From Phoronis australis (taxonomy: Eukaryota; Animalia; Phoronida): a DNA stretch of 64,000 nt. Location of the stretch: contig NMRA01000012.1 of assembly GCA_002633005.1 (NCBI GenBank), positions 1,418,357 through 1,482,356 on the forward strand, given 5' to 3'. Of the stretch, positions 60,801 through 64,000 are shown piece by piece; position 1 is the stretch's first letter; the number at the start of each line of letters is the position of its first letter. Both the position numbers and the translations under genes were made by a program. The notes beneath the pieces are model-generated. The model had not been told where the DNA came from. It made no database searches and saw only the letters and a list, made by a program, of their open reading frames with translations.

Positions 60801-63032
60801 CACATTGTAGACATTCTCATTTTTCTTGCTGAATCCTTGATTTTCTATCATTTTAATTAGCTTTGAATTTAACTTAGATAAGAATTTTGATTTCGCGTTT
60901 TCGCAAAATTTAGATTTTTCGCAACTTGCACTTCTATTTTAGTCGACAAAATGAAGTTCGACAAAAGTAAGCAATCTACGACCGGGATAATAAGTTCTCA
61001 TTACAAAGAGTTTCACGCCGTGACCTTGGGATCTACAATCCAATCGTCACATTCGCCTTTTCTCTGGCAACATTTTTTCTCTCATCTTCTTCTCTTTGTA
61101 TATAACTATTTACAGACAATGACACCGCGAAAGGTAAAAACTTCGTGGAGCACACTTCGGACTATAGGTTTTGGCCTTCAACTAAATCATAATATGTTTG
61201 CTTTATGACATGAAATGGGTCAATTTGTGCAGATTATTCGCACTATTTAGCGACAATTCTGTTTTTTCCTAAGTTCGACAATCGTAATTGGAGAGCTTGC
61301 CATGGACCCAATTTCTTGCGTAAAAGTAAGGTCTTGCGAGAGCAACCAAAATCACGAGAGTAAACAGCGAGTGTTTCGCGAGCTTACAGCCTGTCCTAGC
61401 ATTTGTTATCATCGTACCACTTCTAAGAGCACTATATACTGTTTAACCTATTTACATTTCCTAATGTCAAATAAGATAGTCTTTAACAGAAACATAACAA
61501 CATGTTCACTTTCCATATCGAAATTATCAATAATTCGAGCATGGGAGTGACGCAGCAACGTGCTCAAAATTATTACCTACTTTCCCGAATATAGGATACG
61601 CTACAATAAAATAATCCCCAATGCTTCATTTACCTATAACATGCGCGCACCCAGGGGGGGGGGCTCGTTCGAGCCCCCCCCATTTGGCGAAGTGGGCAAA
61701 AAGGTCCGCCTGTGAGAAACAAAAAGTCCGAGAAAATGAGACAAAAGCCCACTAAAGAAGCACAAACGCGCAATTCACAGTGTCGCGCCCTTTTTTATTT
61801 ATTATTTTTACTATTTTTTTTGGTCCGCCGGCTATTTTGTTACTAAAAGGTCCACGACGTGAGGAATTCGAGCCCCCATATTGAAGGCTGGGTGCGCGCA
61901 TGTATAATTATCAATTTTAAACATATCAATTGTAGATAGTACCTTGACAAAAACATATCTTACTTTCAAACTGTCACACACAAATTGAGAAATATATATC
62001 GATGTTACCAGTTATTTTAAACTTACATTTTGGAAAGGCGAAACCCAACTATGCGGTGCAGCTGCACTCTCGTCAAAGCAAGACTCGCCGAATTGTTCGT
62101 TACAAACTAAGGAATTTGCAAGCATGGCGTCTTCGGTTGACTTTTGATTGAAAGTTGTGTAGTCAAATCCACCAACAAACACAGTGCCTCACCATTGCGA
62201 AAATTTCTTAAAACAACGCGACGATGTGGAACATAAGCGAAAATTTCTGGCCTCGAGTGCAAGCTAATGTCTTGCGGTCTACGGAACTCTGCCTATCCAG
62301 ATCAGGCGTGCTATGATTGTAATGCATAGCGATATCTCCCGAAGTCTTCTGAGTACTACCTTTCCTTGCAAGAAACTAGGTCTATGGAAACCACGCCGGC
62401 GTTTTAAATGTTCTTGTCTACTAAAAGTTACGTCAGCATCTAGACATGTGACCGTTTGCTTTGGATTTTTGAGTGAACTTTTTGTTGGTGTAATTTAACT
62501 GCACCTAATAATTCGGGGCTGCGAATATTTGTAAAGGCCACGTGAATAGAAAAGAGTGTGGTGACAGGTATGTTTCGGAGCAACTAAAGTCTCGACTCTA
62601 ACTAGCTTAGCGTCAACTCGCCAAATGCGACCTGACAAAATTCTCAGGCCGCCAAACGGGAACTGAAGTCTCCAAACCTCGCTTTCAAGAGCCGAAATGA
62701 ACCAAGATAACTGAAGTAAAAAGCCGGCGAACTCAACAAATGTCCGATTAGTTAGTTTCAGTTGATACCACAGTAGTTAGTGATTTATTGTTAACAAAGG
62801 TCAATTCAAAGGCAGCACGAGACTGAACGAGCTTCGTTAACGGAATAACATTGTCTTTTGCAGGTGCCGATCATCATCCCCATAATCATCCTACTCGCCT
62901 CAGCATACCTGGTGGTCGCGCCTATCATTCAGAATCCTGCTATAGAGTTTTTATATGCCTTTTTGTTCATTATCGGTGGACTTCTCGTTTACGTTCCCTT
63001 TGTGCACTTCAAGATGTCACTGCCATTGTTGG
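51867..63032 (+). CDS. SLC7A9: L-type amino-acid transporter light chain, b(0,+)AT/SLC7A9-like (partial: 5' start and last exon not identified)
   Basis: In-frame GT-AG exons at 51867-52031, 54624-54725, 55047-55289, 56819-56944, 57721-57865, 58111-58234, 59666-59866, 60009-60158 and 62864-63032. Motifs [46 protein letters not shown] (heavy-chain Cys), [28 protein letters not shown] and RPYKVPI. A possible in-exon ATG lies at 51926. Confidence 0.9.
52503..54257 (+). mobile_element. Non-autonomous Helentron-type element (HINE/DINE-like) with internal tandem array, in an SLC7 intron
   Basis: 5' palindrome TGCGTCCACAT..ATGTGGACGCA, (GTCC)n microsatellite and ~150-bp repeats. 3' subterminal IR GTGGGCGCAT, short hairpin AGCTCCGAGCT and a CTTGTT end. 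Confidence 0.8.
56157..56560. mobile_element. Probable MITE with diverged TIRs
   Basis: AATAGGCCTGTCCCGGATTACATGGC vs GCTGTGTAATCCGGTACGGCCTTATT. The TSD is unclear. Confidence 0.45.
61640..61902. mobile_element. MITE with 5-bp TSD (TATAA), hAT5-like
   Basis: TATAA|CATGCGCGCACCCAG ... CTGGGTGCGCGCATG|TATAA. Confidence 0.8.
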
Positions 63033-64000
63033 GTAAGTCGGACATGCGCATCAAAACATGTAACCTGACACCAGTTTTTGTCAAGCATTTCCGTCACAAT
63101 AACAAAAGAGTTGAAAGAAAAAGATCTCGACGAAGAAATCCTTTTGTTGTGGTGAATATTTAGAAATTAATACTGGAATCGTGAGCCTTTCCTATTAAAT
63201 CCAAAGCATTCAGTGCGCAAAGAATTTGCACGCCAAAGCGGAAGCCTTGGGCATCTTGATGACATGTAATTATCGCATACGTTACGTTATTTCAAGTCAC
63301 TTTTTGGAAAACAAAGTCTATTAGCAATAAGAGCGTGACTTGACTGAAGCCACTGGGAAGCAGGTCACTCAGTCTTCTGCAACCCAAGAGTCATGTGACC
63401 ACTGACACATTTCGGGTTGTATCTCCGCAGTTCTAGTTTAACTGAAGGTAGCTAGTCGTTTTACACAGAGACTGCGTTCGCTAGTGACAAGGTGGCGACG
63501 CATCGGTAGAAGTTTTCGCTTCGTTTCTTTTCAAACACATCAAACTTATCGTATGAGTTTCTGATCAGCAGTCATTGAAAACACTCGTAGACATTGATCA
63601 GCGCTAAAACGACGTAATCAGGCTTTGTTCAAGACATTTTGGTAAACAAGTCTACTGGAAATTAGAACGCGACTCGATGTTTTCTTCACCCAAGCCAATG
63701 TCTTGCGTATGTAGAACAAAAACAGAACGAGGTAATAGTCACGCCCTTTGAGGGACCGGGCCCTCTACTTCCACCTGGTCACATATATGGAGCTCAAACA
63801 TGGCATTCGTCAAATTAATGTGTTTCTTGGGAAATGTTAAGATTACAAATTTCCATAAACACTCTCATTGGATACAATATTTGTCATTTTCTGCACGACG
63901 TTATAATGTACTTATAAATATAATAATGTACATGATAACCTCATACGGAAATGGACGAACTTCGTATCGAATGAGCATGCCAGAAAACGCCAAAGAATAA

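Noticed and set aside
63033-64000. Final SLC7 exon and ORF 63800-64000
   Set aside because: No segment resembles the conserved LAT C-terminus behind a good acceptor; the last exon probably lies beyond the window.

Overview
This is eukaryotic (invertebrate animal) genomic DNA: AT-rich, with GT-AG introns and many repeats. It has two protein-coding units in divergent orientation. (1) A minus-strand tandem array of three-exon genes for secreted, apparently GPI-anchored metal-dependent hydrolases of the cyclase family (KynB kynurenine formamidase / isatin hydrolase-like, motif HGGTHMDAPRH). Two copies are intact (2828-6944, 14484-22428). A third (about 36060-39379) has a nonsense codon in exon 1 and has lost exons 2 and 3 through two separate deletions. 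(2) A plus-strand SLC7/LAT light-chain amino-acid transporter closest to b(0,+)AT/SLC7A9, with nine exons recognised at 51867-63032; its first and last exons were not found. A segmental duplication (about 8800-22630 vs 29664-39541) supplies empty-site comparisons for several nested insertions. Repeats include an RTE-X-like LINE, L1/Tx1 and Penelope fragments, a tRNA-derived SINE, a hAT remnant, three TTAA/THAP Kolobok-type elements (one with a P2X7-ballast-like KolX remnant), a CAC..GTG element with a 5-bp TSD and C2H2 zinc fingers, a TG..CA family with a 6-bp TSD, a Helentron-type element carrying an array of CTCF-like motifs, and several fold-back palindromes. All coordinates and family assignments were made by eye, without database searches.
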